From the IMG/VR virus record IMGVR_UViG_3300017917_003852, positions 14,425 through 78,424 of that record: 64,000 nt of DNA, one strand, 5' to 3'. Within the stretch, counting starts at the first letter, position 1. Each line of letters opens with the position of its first letter. Below the pieces are notes generated by a model. That model was given only the letters and a program-made list of their open reading frames with translations, was not told the origin of the DNA and did no database searches. A program made the translations under genes and the position numbers. Below are positions 56,314 to 64,000 of this stretch, one piece after another. The DNA comes from a virus.

Positions 56314-56682
56314 TTACTTAAACAGTATAAGAGCCATAAGAGTAGCTTGAATTACGAATCCTAATCCGATCGTTACAATGTTTAACAGATCCTTGAGTAT
56401 AACTGCTCGACCAAAAAGCAACACCAAACCCAACCACATAAACAATACAACATCTACACTAGGAGTAGTATCTGTAAGTCCGGTTAGCAGGGCAAGCAAA
56501 GTAGGAATGGTAGCAGCATGTAATGCAATAGCTGCTAGCCAGCCCATAGTCTCTGCAGAGATTTTACTAAAGTGGGTAGAAAAGAATTCTACCACACTTT
56601 GTTTTACGCGATCAAAATCAATCTTATTTGAAATTTCCATTTTTACACTTTTCGATTTGGTTGTTGAAGTTAAAATTGGCAT
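56314..56682 (-). CDS. 3-TM membrane protein (SemiSWEET/PQ-loop-like)
   Basis: ETMGWLAAIALHAATIP. Confidence 0.45.
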   Translation of the reverse strand: MPILTSTTKSKSVKMEISNKIDFDRVKQSVVEFFSTHFSKISAETMGWLAAIALHAATIPTLLALLTGLTDTTPSVDVVLFMWLGLVLLFGRAVILKDLLNIVTIGLGFVIQATLMALILFK

Positions 56683-56694
56683 CGTATATCCTGC

Positions 56695-57249
56695 TTAACT
56701 ACCATAAAAAATATGGCGTCCAATCTTGGTAATAGGTTTTTTGCCCCATCCTGGTTGAACGTAGTCGGCATGATAATACATTGCATTTTTGAGACTAGGA
56801 AGTCTGAAACCTTCTAGCAATACTTTTTTAGCAACTTCGGCACTTTCGTTGTAAAGCGGTTGATAAACTGGCTTCACTCTATGAGTACCGTCACAGTACC
56901 AAGAAAACTGACAAACTACTTTTGAGTAGATAACATTTTTCTGATACACTACAGCACAAATGTCATTTGGAAATTGACCACTGGCTGCACGATTGATTGT
57001 AACTTGAGCCACAGCAACTTTTCCTTCAAATGGTTCGCTGGCAGCTTCCCAATAAATGTTCTGCGTAAGGCAACGTAATTGGCGAGATCTCTCTGCACCA
57101 CTTACTGGTTGTACGGCAGTCATATGAGCCTGTTCGGCCTTGAGTGACTCAAATTTGTTTTTGGTGACCTCTACCAAGGTGTATGTGGCCAACCACATAC
57201 CAAAAACGATCGATACAAATTTTGCAATGTTCGGCAAATATTGTCTCAT
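56695..57249 (-). CDS. SleB-like cell wall hydrolase (Hydrolase_2)
   Basis: CLTQNIYWEA, VAQVTINR, CQFSW, YYHADYV, IGRHIFY. Confidence 0.92.
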   Translation of the reverse strand: MRQYLPNIAKFVSIVFGMWLATYTLVEVTKNKFESLKAEQAHMTAVQPVSGAERSRQLRCLTQNIYWEAASEPFEGKVAVAQVTINRAASGQFPNDICAVVYQKNVIYSKVVCQFSWYCDGTHRVKPVYQPLYNESAEVAKKVLLEGFRLPSLKNAMYYHADYVQPGWGKKPITKIGRHIFYGS

Positions 57250-57336
57250 CTTTTTTCCTCCTTCTTTAAGGTTGTAGTTTTATATAACTTCATAATTTTC
57301 GAGAAAACAACTGCTATAACCCCATAATAATGGTAC

Positions 57337-57365
57337 ATTATAGCATTTTTTATGGTTTTTTACAA
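57337..57365 (-). promoter_or_regulatory. sigma70-type promoter
   Basis: TTGTAA-17-TATAAT with TG extension. Confidence 0.6.
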
Positions 57366-57390
57366 GTAATCTGGGTAGTTTATGGTTGGG

Positions 57391-57687
57391 TCATCCGGCA
57401 ATGACATCCGGGCTTCCACCTGCTACAGCGTCACCACAATCGATGGCATCACCAATCCTTGCCACTGCCAAACCATTGACAAAGAAGGTCGAGCTACCTC
57501 CAGATTGAGAACCACCGTGGGTTTCTGGGATACTAGGACAAGTGTGCGGCGGCCATGCATCCGACACACGAACGACACCTTCGCCGTTTATAAACACATC
57601 GGAACTGCCATTTGGAGTGTTTGGTCTTGGCTCCCAACATCCATGGCCGCTGCTTGGATCTACATTAGTTCTAGTAACCGGTGGCAT
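57391..57687 (-). CDS. PAAR-domain baseplate spike tip protein
   Basis: GSSDVFING...VARIGDAIDCG...GSPDV. Confidence 0.9.
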   Translation of the reverse strand: MPPVTRTNVDPSSGHGCWEPRPNTPNGSSDVFINGEGVVRVSDAWPPHTCPSIPETHGGSQSGGSSTFFVNGLAVARIGDAIDCGDAVAGGSPDVIAG

Positions 57688-58142
57688 TAGTATTTTCCTT
57701 GAGCAACATATTGGACCAAATAATTTTGTCCGGGTGTATAACTAGTATTATTTATAGTTTGGGTAACAGTATAAGGAGTGCCATTTACTGTAACTGTATA
57801 TGTTGCAGTTACCGTCCCGCCATTAGCAGCCAAATATTCTGATATGAAATTATAATCGGCTGTTATATCTTTAAACCTACTTGCAGTCTGAACGGCTTTA
57901 TTTGAATCTTCGTAAGTTATTGACTTATCAAAATTATCATTATACCTACCGGTAACTGTAATTATAGTGTTGCCGTTTGCACCCGATGGACTTCCAACTG
58001 TGATTACTACGTTTCCTAATGCTGAGCATGTAGCGGTTACTGAGGTAATTGCAGGATCACCTATATTTGTATTAGCTGTTATTGTAAGATTAAGATCAAC
58101 ATCTTCCTCAACAGCACTAAATGATCCCGGAGTTACAAACAT
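57687..58142 (-). CDS. putative baseplate/structural protein
   Basis: Thr-rich beta protein coupled to PAAR. Confidence 0.5.
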   Translation of the reverse strand: MFVTPGSFSAVEEDVDLNLTITANTNIGDPAITSVTATCSALGNVVITVGSPSGANGNTIITVTGRYNDNFDKSITYEDSNKAVQTASRFKDITADYNFISEYLAANGGTVTATYTVTVNGTPYTVTQTINNTSYTPGQNYLVQYVAQGKY

Positions 58143-58453
58143 TAGGTAATAATACTTCCTCTAGTCACAGGCTCAATACCAGTAGTGGTTTTAATGTAAT
58201 GTTTTTGCATAGCATCGATACTAGGAGCATGCATAATAACATGCTCTTTCTGTAACACCACACTAGCATCTGCGTCGGCTGTAAATAAACTTTGAATAAG
58301 ACCCATACCTTGCGGACTAGGCATTACTGTACATGGCTTAGCAACTTCAAATCCATTGGGACCGGAATCGATGATTCTTGCAATTATTTCGTCTCCGGTT
58401 ACTAATTTGAAACTAATAATATCGCCTTCTTGATAACCTTTTGATACTAACAT
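58142..58453 (-). CDS. Sm-like fold protein
   Basis: ISFKLVTGDEIIAR. Confidence 0.6.
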   Translation of the reverse strand: MLVSKGYQEGDIISFKLVTGDEIIARIIDSGPNGFEVAKPCTVMPSPQGMGLIQSLFTADADASVVLQKEHVIMHAPSIDAMQKHYIKTTTGIEPVTRGSIIT

Positions 58454-58695
58454 TATTGTTTTACCTTTTCGAAAAATTCATTTGATTGTTTTGTTAAACC
58501 ATCAAATCCTCCAGGAATCAATTCATATCCGTGAAAAATTTGTGGCACACTTCTAAGGCCTTTATCTACTAACATCTGCCTCGATTCTGGATCGTTCTCG
58601 ATGTTAATTTCGTTAAAAGGAACCCCTTTACCTTCAAGTAGTTGTTTGGCCCTTACGCAAAAAGGGCAATTGTTTTTAGAATAAATTGTAAGCAT
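58453..58695 (-). CDS. glutaredoxin
   Basis: CPFC, SVPQIF, GGF. Confidence 0.95.
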   Translation of the reverse strand: MLTIYSKNNCPFCVRAKQLLEGKGVPFNEINIENDPESRQMLVDKGLRSVPQIFHGYELIPGGFDGLTKQSNEFFEKVKQ

Positions 58696-58724
58696 AGTAT
58701 TTTATTATAGTTGGTAATTTATAT

Positions 58725-59864
58725 TTAATCAAGTTTGTGTTGCTCGGGTATTTTGTCTAATATCATTTGATGCACTTGGTTTCTTATGTTTTTTCTATAT
58801 TGGTACAAATGATTGTAATTGTGTATTCGTGCTTGTTCTGTTTCTTTCATAACTGTCACTGGATCTAATTGGCTTAGTTTTTCAACTTGATCAAAGGCTA
58901 ACTTTAATCGCAGACTAATATCCGAACAATCGTCATACGATTCATCAATGACATTGTCAAAAGTTTTAAATCCTAGCTCGCGTAAAAATTTTAAAGTATG
59001 TCTAGGACCAAACAGTACAAATAATCGTTGTCCTAGCAATAATTTAGCAGTTTTTTCTGTTATAAAAAATGGCCCAGGATCTCCGTATTTTTGTGGATCT
59101 GTGTGCGTGAATAATGTTTCACAACAAATACTATAATATGTTCGGTTGTAAATTTCCCAAGGAGTAATTTCGCTTATATCTCTACGAATTGTAGTAGATA
59201 CTTCCCACGAATTGTCTAAATTAGGAGATACATACGGCCATACTAAATTATTTTTTATAAGCTCACACGTATCGTTATTCAATGTCCATTCGGGTTCAAT
59301 TTGATCAAACCCAAATTCTTTTCTATATGTAACGATTGATTTGTTTAACAAATCTTGATTTAAATTAAACCTTGACATCACATACGATCTATGTGGTCTT
59401 CCTGCTCCTAATAATGCTTCAAATAAAAAAGGCCTTTTTTCTTCGTGTGTTCCGCGATATTCATTTAATCTTAAATGCTGAAATATCCACCACGGACGAT
59501 AAACAAAATCAGGACTGTCAAGCTTATCGTGAATTCCACCAACAGCGACAAGATAGTTTTGTATGCCAGATTTATTAATACATTTTTCTAGTATAATTTT
59601 TGAATCAAAATATTCAATGTCAGACAAAATAACTAAATCAAATTTTGACCAGTCAATTGAGCATAATGTTTCGTTGTACGAATATACTCCTTGTTGATTA
59701 AACATTGCCGGAATGGCAGCAATTTTATACGGCTGACTTAAACATTCTTCTATATTGTTAGTTGTTTGAAAAGCAGGGTAATTGTCACCTTGCCAGTCTG
59801 ACATTGAATCGACCGTTGAATACGGTGGCAAGAGAGTAAAGATTTTGTACTTAAATTGTTTCAT
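58725..59864 (-). CDS. putative glycosyltransferase-like protein (paralog 3)
   Basis: SICCET...FITEKTAK...GFKTF...DESYD. Confidence 0.55.
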   Translation of the reverse strand: MKQFKYKIFTLLPPYSTVDSMSDWQGDNYPAFQTTNNIEECLSQPYKIAAIPAMFNQQGVYSYNETLCSIDWSKFDLVILSDIEYFDSKIILEKCINKSGIQNYLVAVGGIHDKLDSPDFVYRPWWIFQHLRLNEYRGTHEEKRPFLFEALLGAGRPHRSYVMSRFNLNQDLLNKSIVTYRKEFGFDQIEPEWTLNNDTCELIKNNLVWPYVSPNLDNSWEVSTTIRRDISEITPWEIYNRTYYSICCETLFTHTDPQKYGDPGPFFITEKTAKLLLGQRLFVLFGPRHTLKFLRELGFKTFDNVIDESYDDCSDISLRLKLAFDQVEKLSQLDPVTVMKETEQARIHNYNHLYQYRKNIRNQVHQMILDKIPEQHKLD

Positions 59865-60706
59865 ATACGACTAGCAATATCGCGGCGTATTTCTTCAAAA
59901 TTAATTACAGTATTTGTATGGAATTCGAATAAAATACTATCGTCTAATCTTGGGCAAGCATCAACATAGCAATTGTAATCAACAGAATTAAGTTTTTCTT
60001 TGATTTCATTGAGATGTCGTATTTCGCATCTACGCTGAATAGTTCTATCAATTGCTCTTTTTGTTAATGCATAGTTTCCTAGCAACTCGTACTCGCTAAA
60101 CCATATTAGATTAGTTTCTGTTTCTCTATGGCAACTGTCAATTATTGCATCAAGAAAATGCTTACTATGTCTGTTCTCTAAATCCTGTCGCATAGTTACC
60201 CAATCTTCTTTAAGAAAAGGCAAGAATTCAGAAATAAAACAATCAGTTGTTTGTCTTGGTATGCCTAGACTATCCTCAATAACCGAGTAATAACCTGGAC
60301 TGTGTGTGGTATCGGGCAACACAAAATAGTTAGGTGTTGTTCCATTAAAACACTTATACGGCTGTATAGCAAATGTATCAGGATCTTGTATTAAGATAGA
60401 TTCATCATTGAAATAGTCTAAGCAAGCAATTTTCAATGCTTGCTGTCTTAACCATGTTCCACGGTAGTCACCAGGTTGATCCCAGTTTAATATTTCCGGA
60501 TAAGCATCAATTAATTCTTGATCATTAACATAGATAAACTTACTTGGGTCAGCTACATATTTCCTAAGAGTTTCATTGTAGTGCTTTTCAGCAATATTGC
60601 TTACAATATAAGTTTTATCAATGCCTTCTAGGAAATGATCAAATTGAAAGGACATGATAGCATGTCCCATTCTGTAACCGCCAACAAATACGGCCCTTGC
60701 AGTCAA
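59861..60706 (-). CDS. GT-A-like nucleotide-sugar transferase-related protein
   Basis: WLRQQALK...IQDPDT (DxD)...FSEYELLG. Confidence 0.55.
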   Translation of the reverse strand: MTARAVFVGGYRMGHAIMSFQFDHFLEGIDKTYIVSNIAEKHYNETLRKYVADPSKFIYVNDQELIDAYPEILNWDQPGDYRGTWLRQQALKIACLDYFNDESILIQDPDTFAIQPYKCFNGTTPNYFVLPDTTHSPGYYSVIEDSLGIPRQTTDCFISEFLPFLKEDWVTMRQDLENRHSKHFLDAIIDSCHRETETNLIWFSEYELLGNYALTKRAIDRTIQRRCEIRHLNEIKEKLNSVDYNCYVDACPRLDDSILFEFHTNTVINFEEIRRDIASRI

Positions 60707-61830
60707 AGGCTGAATCCCTTGAACGTGTTAGAATCCACGTCTTGTTTGGTACCACCAATTACATAACTACTAATCTCTGTTTCTTGTGGAGCCACTTGTA
60801 CTTCTGCGCCAGCAATCCATTTAGCAGTCCAAGGCAACGGATTACTACCCGGTTTCATTCCACAATTTAAACCAACCGCGGTCATGCGCTTACAAGTTAG
60901 CCAATCAACATACTGACTTAATAATTGTTCGTTCAGGCCGATCATCGAACCATCTTTAAACAAATATTTTGCCCAAGCCTTTTCCTGAGCGGCCGCCGAT
61001 AAAAACATTTGCTCACATTCTACACGAGTAGCTTCTTTAATAGAAGCGTAGTCAGGATCGTCTTGAGGCAGAAGTTTTAATAATGTTTGGGTACTACCTA
61101 AATGAACGTTTTCATCTCGAGCAATCAATTTAATAATTTTAGCATTGCCTTCCATCTTCTTTAATTCTGCAAATGCCCAAGAACAAGCAAAACTCACATA
61201 AAAACGAATACCTTCGAGAGCATTAACATTATTCAAACAAAGCCATAATTTTTTCTTTAACTCATAACGATCAACGGTAATTTTTTTGCCATTAACCGTA
61301 TGTGTTCCATACCCTAGTAGATTATAATACTGTACTGTTTCAATAAGATCGTCGTAGTATTTGCTAATATCTTTAGCGCAATCTACAATTTCTTTTATAT
61401 CAGTAAGTTCATCAAATATAATACTAGGGTCGCTATAAACATTACGGATAATGTGAGTATAGCTACGGCTGTGAATAGTCTCATTAAAGGACCAGGTTTG
61501 AATCCAAGTTTCGAGCTCAGGAATAGTAGCGATGGAAAGAAAAGCAAGATTGGGACTACGACCTTGAACACTATCCAAAAGGATTTGTCGCTTAAGATTA
61601 CTTGTGAAAATATGCTGTTCATGTTCTGTTAGTTCCTTGAAGTCTTTTGCATCTCGAAGTACATCTACTTCTTCTGGGCGCCAAAAGAAGCCTAATTGTT
61701 TATCTGTTAATTTATCAAATTGTCTATATTTTAATACATCATATCTCTGAATAGGTTGTGTGCCTGATTCATCTAAGAATGCTAATGCTTCGGTATGTTT
61801 ATTTTTATTGTTAATGTTAAAGACGCTCAC
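60703..61830 (-). CDS. nrdB: ribonucleotide reductase class Ia beta subunit
   Basis: [39 protein letters not shown]; likely GTG start at 61830. Confidence 0.97.
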   Translation of the reverse strand: MSVFNINNKNKHTEALAFLDESGTQPIQRYDVLKYRQFDKLTDKQLGFFWRPEEVDVLRDAKDFKELTEHEQHIFTSNLKRQILLDSVQGRSPNLAFLSIATIPELETWIQTWSFNETIHSRSYTHIIRNVYSDPSIIFDELTDIKEIVDCAKDISKYYDDLIETVQYYNLLGYGTHTVNGKKITVDRYELKKKLWLCLNNVNALEGIRFYVSFACSWAFAELKKMEGNAKIIKLIARDENVHLGSTQTLLKLLPQDDPDYASIKEATRVECEQMFLSAAAQEKAWAKYLFKDGSMIGLNEQLLSQYVDWLTCKRMTAVGLNCGMKPGSNPLPWTAKWIAGAEVQVAPQETEISSYVIGGTKQDVDSNTFKGFSL

Positions 61831-61831
61831 T

Positions 61832-62275
61832 TTATTCTCCAGTTGCATAAGTTTTTTCAAAGATATCTTTTTTTACTACACCGTAATCGTTAGGACCATG
61901 CCTGACAATATAGTCATTGCCTGCTGTATAGTTTAACACTTCTCCCCAGCTTGTTGCAACCGATCCGTTGTGATCTGCCAACTTGGCTAATTTTATTATT
62001 TTTTTAGGATAACAAATACCGTCACCAGCGTCATCTTTTAACTCTCGAAATTTTTCTGGGGGTATAGGATATTGTTCGCCCTTGGGACCTGTAAGGATAT
62101 AATAACCTCGTTTATAATTAACAGGCCCCTCAAGAGTTTGTATAACGCCATCTTCTTGAGCAATTTCATACCGTTCAGGATTTGGTTTTTTGTATGTTTG
62201 AAAAGAACCTTTTTGAAACCATTCATCTGTGATTCCTGCGTCTTCAAACAAGCTAATATATTTTCTTAATGTCAT
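61832..62275 (-). CDS. PGDYG-like protein with leader peptide
   Basis: QTLEG...GPKGEQYP...IFEKTY; [12 protein letters not shown]-terminus. Confidence 0.6.
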   Translation of the reverse strand: MTLRKYISLFEDAGITDEWFQKGSFQTYKKPNPERYEIAQEDGVIQTLEGPVNYKRGYYILTGPKGEQYPIPPEKFRELKDDAGDGICYPKKIIKLAKLADHNGSVATSWGEVLNYTAGNDYIVRHGPNDYGVVKKDIFEKTYATGE

Positions 62276-63039
62276 TGTTTGTCTCGTATAAAAGGTTTAG
62301 CATGTATCTGCCATTCTGGATCAAACGGCACACCTGGTTCTAAACCTATTGCTGTCCTACGTAAATCTATCAAAAATACTAATCGATATTCATTGGTGTA
62401 GTTATGGGCACTGTGTATTAATTGATTATTAAATCCCCAAATATCGCTCCAATCGATTATTTCACCAAGGCATTCAAAAAATATATCACCTTCAGGAACA
62501 ATTAGTGGAATATGAATTCTTAAAAATTCCCCATCGCGATTTTCGGGTCCGGTATGCCTATGAATAACACTATTTGGATCAATTACACTATATGCCGCTA
62601 TTGCTACATCATTCCCAAATTCTTGTACTAACCCACATGCAGTTGGATATTTTTCAACAAACAAAGGATCCGACGGTAATATATCGTAGCCTACATTTTT
62701 ATGTTGATACTTGAAAGCTAACGATCTCCATGCTCTCAAATCTTTTTCGGCATTACTACGAACTATTTCTCCTATATCGGATCCAGCAAGTTCGTGGCGA
62801 TTCTCAAATACGCCCGGCAGTTGTTTTGCTTTTACTGCTTCTTCTAGTGATCGGTGCCCTTTTAAAAAATCTCTAATTAACTTATTTCTAAAAGTCATTA
62901 GATAATCTGATACAGGTGCAAACTCATGACGTCTCCAGAATCGTTGAGGCGCACCGGGTGTTTTGTAATCATATAGCTCCTGACTTTGCATATCAGGAGC
63001 AGTAATAGGCGAAACATCCCAAAAGTTCTTATTTGTCAT
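62272..63039 (-). CDS. aspartyl/asparaginyl beta-hydroxylase-like 2OG oxygenase
   Basis: IHRHTG, LRIHIPL, HSAHN...RLVFLID. Confidence 0.85.
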   Translation of the reverse strand: MTNKNFWDVSPITAPDMQSQELYDYKTPGAPQRFWRRHEFAPVSDYLMTFRNKLIRDFLKGHRSLEEAVKAKQLPGVFENRHELAGSDIGEIVRSNAEKDLRAWRSLAFKYQHKNVGYDILPSDPLFVEKYPTACGLVQEFGNDVAIAAYSVIDPNSVIHRHTGPENRDGEFLRIHIPLIVPEGDIFFECLGEIIDWSDIWGFNNQLIHSAHNYTNEYRLVFLIDLRRTAIGLEPGVPFDPEWQIHAKPFIRDKQ

Positions 63040-63048
63040 TGATATCTC

Positions 63049-64000
63049 TTAGATTACACAACTATCGCAGTCTTCTTGACTTTGATAATCTTGTTCTGTT
63101 TCAACTGGTTTTGACTCGACTAACTTATCTACATTAATTTCGCCTTGGCCATCAAAAGTATTAAAGTAATATAATTGCTTTAATCCATATTTGTAGCACA
63201 TTAACAGATGCTGTAGCATTTCCGACATAGGAATCTTTTCATCATCATAATACTGTGGGTTATAGCTCGTATTAACACTGATACCTTGGTCAATATATTT
63301 TTGTAGTACTGCACAAAGTTTTAGATAACCCTCAGGGCTAACTTGATCCCAAAGTAGTTCGTATTTGTTCTTTAAACGTCGATATTCAGGAACAACTTGA
63401 CGCAATGCGCCGTGTTTGCTTTGCTTAACTGACACATATGAGCGTGGTGGCTCAATTCCGTTGGTAGCGTTGCTGATCTGTGCAGAAGTTTCCGCTGGCA
63501 TTAGTGCCATTAGTGTAGCGTTACGCTGACCTGTACGTTGAATTTGTTCGCGTAGTGATTGCCAAGGCATACGCTCTTGGTAGGGCACTAATTCATCCAC
63601 GTCTTGTTTTCTTGTATCAATTGGTAACTGTCCTCGCGCACTTTTTAGATCTTTCCAACGTGTGCAAGCACCTTGTTCTTCTGCGAGATCTGCAGAAGCC
63701 TTAATCAAATAATATGACCAGGCTTCTGCATACTCGTCAACTAAAGCGAGAGCTTTAGGATCACTATAACTAACATCGTTCTTAGCTAGGAAGTAGGCAA
63801 AATTGATAATACCAACCCCAATTGGCCTAAATTCTTCTGTAGCTAGTCTTGCTGCAAGGATTGGATAGTTCTGATAAGATAACAGAGCGTCCAATCCGCG
63901 AACTGCCAACTTACACATCTTCTCGAAGTCATGTGGGCTTTTTACATTGCCCCAATTGATCGCTGATAAAGTACACAGGGCGATCCTACCATCCTCGTCG
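63049..64000 (-). CDS. nrdA: ribonucleotide reductase class Ia alpha subunit (C-terminal part)
   Basis: IALCTLSAIN, MPAETS, TNGIEP, KQLYY, C-terminal CDSC; frame open to the window edge. Confidence 0.97.
   Translation of the reverse strand, partial: DEDGRIALCTLSAINWGNVKSPHDFEKMCKLAVRGLDALLSYQNYPILAARLATEEFRPIGVGIINFAYFLAKNDVSYSDPKALALVDEYAEAWSYYLIKASADLAEEQGACTRWKDLKSARGQLPIDTRKQDVDELVPYQERMPWQSLREQIQRTGQRNATLMALMPAETSAQISNATNGIEPPRSYVSVKQSKHGALRQVVPEYRRLKNKYELLWDQVSPEGYLKLCAVLQKYIDQGISVNTSYNPQYYDDEKIPMSEMLQHLLMCYKYGLKQLYYFNTFDGQGEINVDKLVESKPVETEQDYQSQEDCDSCVI

Noticed and set aside
57250-57336. Riboswitch in the long leader of the SleB-like gene
   Set aside because: AT-rich with no aptamer consensus I can recognise; a covariance-model search would be needed
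1637-62905. Most plus-strand and nested alternative-frame ORFs in the track (e.g. 2694-3113, 7810-8301, 25064-25525, 50968-51345)
   Set aside because: They are antisense or out-of-frame shadows of well-supported minus-strand genes with no motifs; only 22799, 23104 and 37649 are accepted on the plus strand
1-64000. Stop-codon reassignment
   Set aside because: Known genes (nrdB, uvdE, ugd and others) are intact in the standard code, and TAA, TAG and TGA all end genes
60703-64000. Intron or intein in nrdA/nrdB
   Set aside because: Both visible frames are continuous and of normal length, with no splicing motifs

Overview
64-kb segment of a large lytic tailed-phage genome (T4-like/jumbo style). 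It is AT-rich, very gene-dense and almost all on the minus strand. The host is probably a proteobacterium, likely beta: the tmRNA tag is ANAANDEVFALAA, nrdA/nrdB are class Ia proteobacterial-type, and there is a PhaR-like box. Recognisable genes: nrdA (partial), nrdB, glutaredoxin, PAAR, SleB-type hydrolase, rpsU (bS21), Hsp20, ClpS, UvdE, D,D-peptidase, desaturase, UDP-glucose dehydrogenase, amidinotransferase, radical SAM, and a DNA MTase next to a putative REase. Main observations: (1) a circularly permuted two-piece tmRNA gene, accompanied by ArfB-like, ArfA-like, bS21 and bL12-like genes; (2) a late operon of unrelated enzymes (nucleotidase, metallopeptidase polyprotein, amidoligase, ART-like/kinase), plus separately promoted RNase-like and kinase genes, all sharing an N-terminal M-R-x-x-[ED]-F-x-x-E-type leader like the T4 capsid-targeting sequence, suggesting a virion-delivered effector set; (3) two early arrays of about 16 divergent mini-paralogs ending F-x-L-[RK]-W, whose terminal codons double as the Shine-Dalgarno of the next gene; (4) a regulatory layer of repeated sigma70 promoter cassettes with a TGTTGY-N6-RCAACA palindrome, TAAATA-type late promoters giving leaderless mRNAs, a late promoter inside an SD-sequestering hairpin, and a ROSE-like thermometer on hsp20. 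All functional calls come from motif recognition by eye; no database searches were run.
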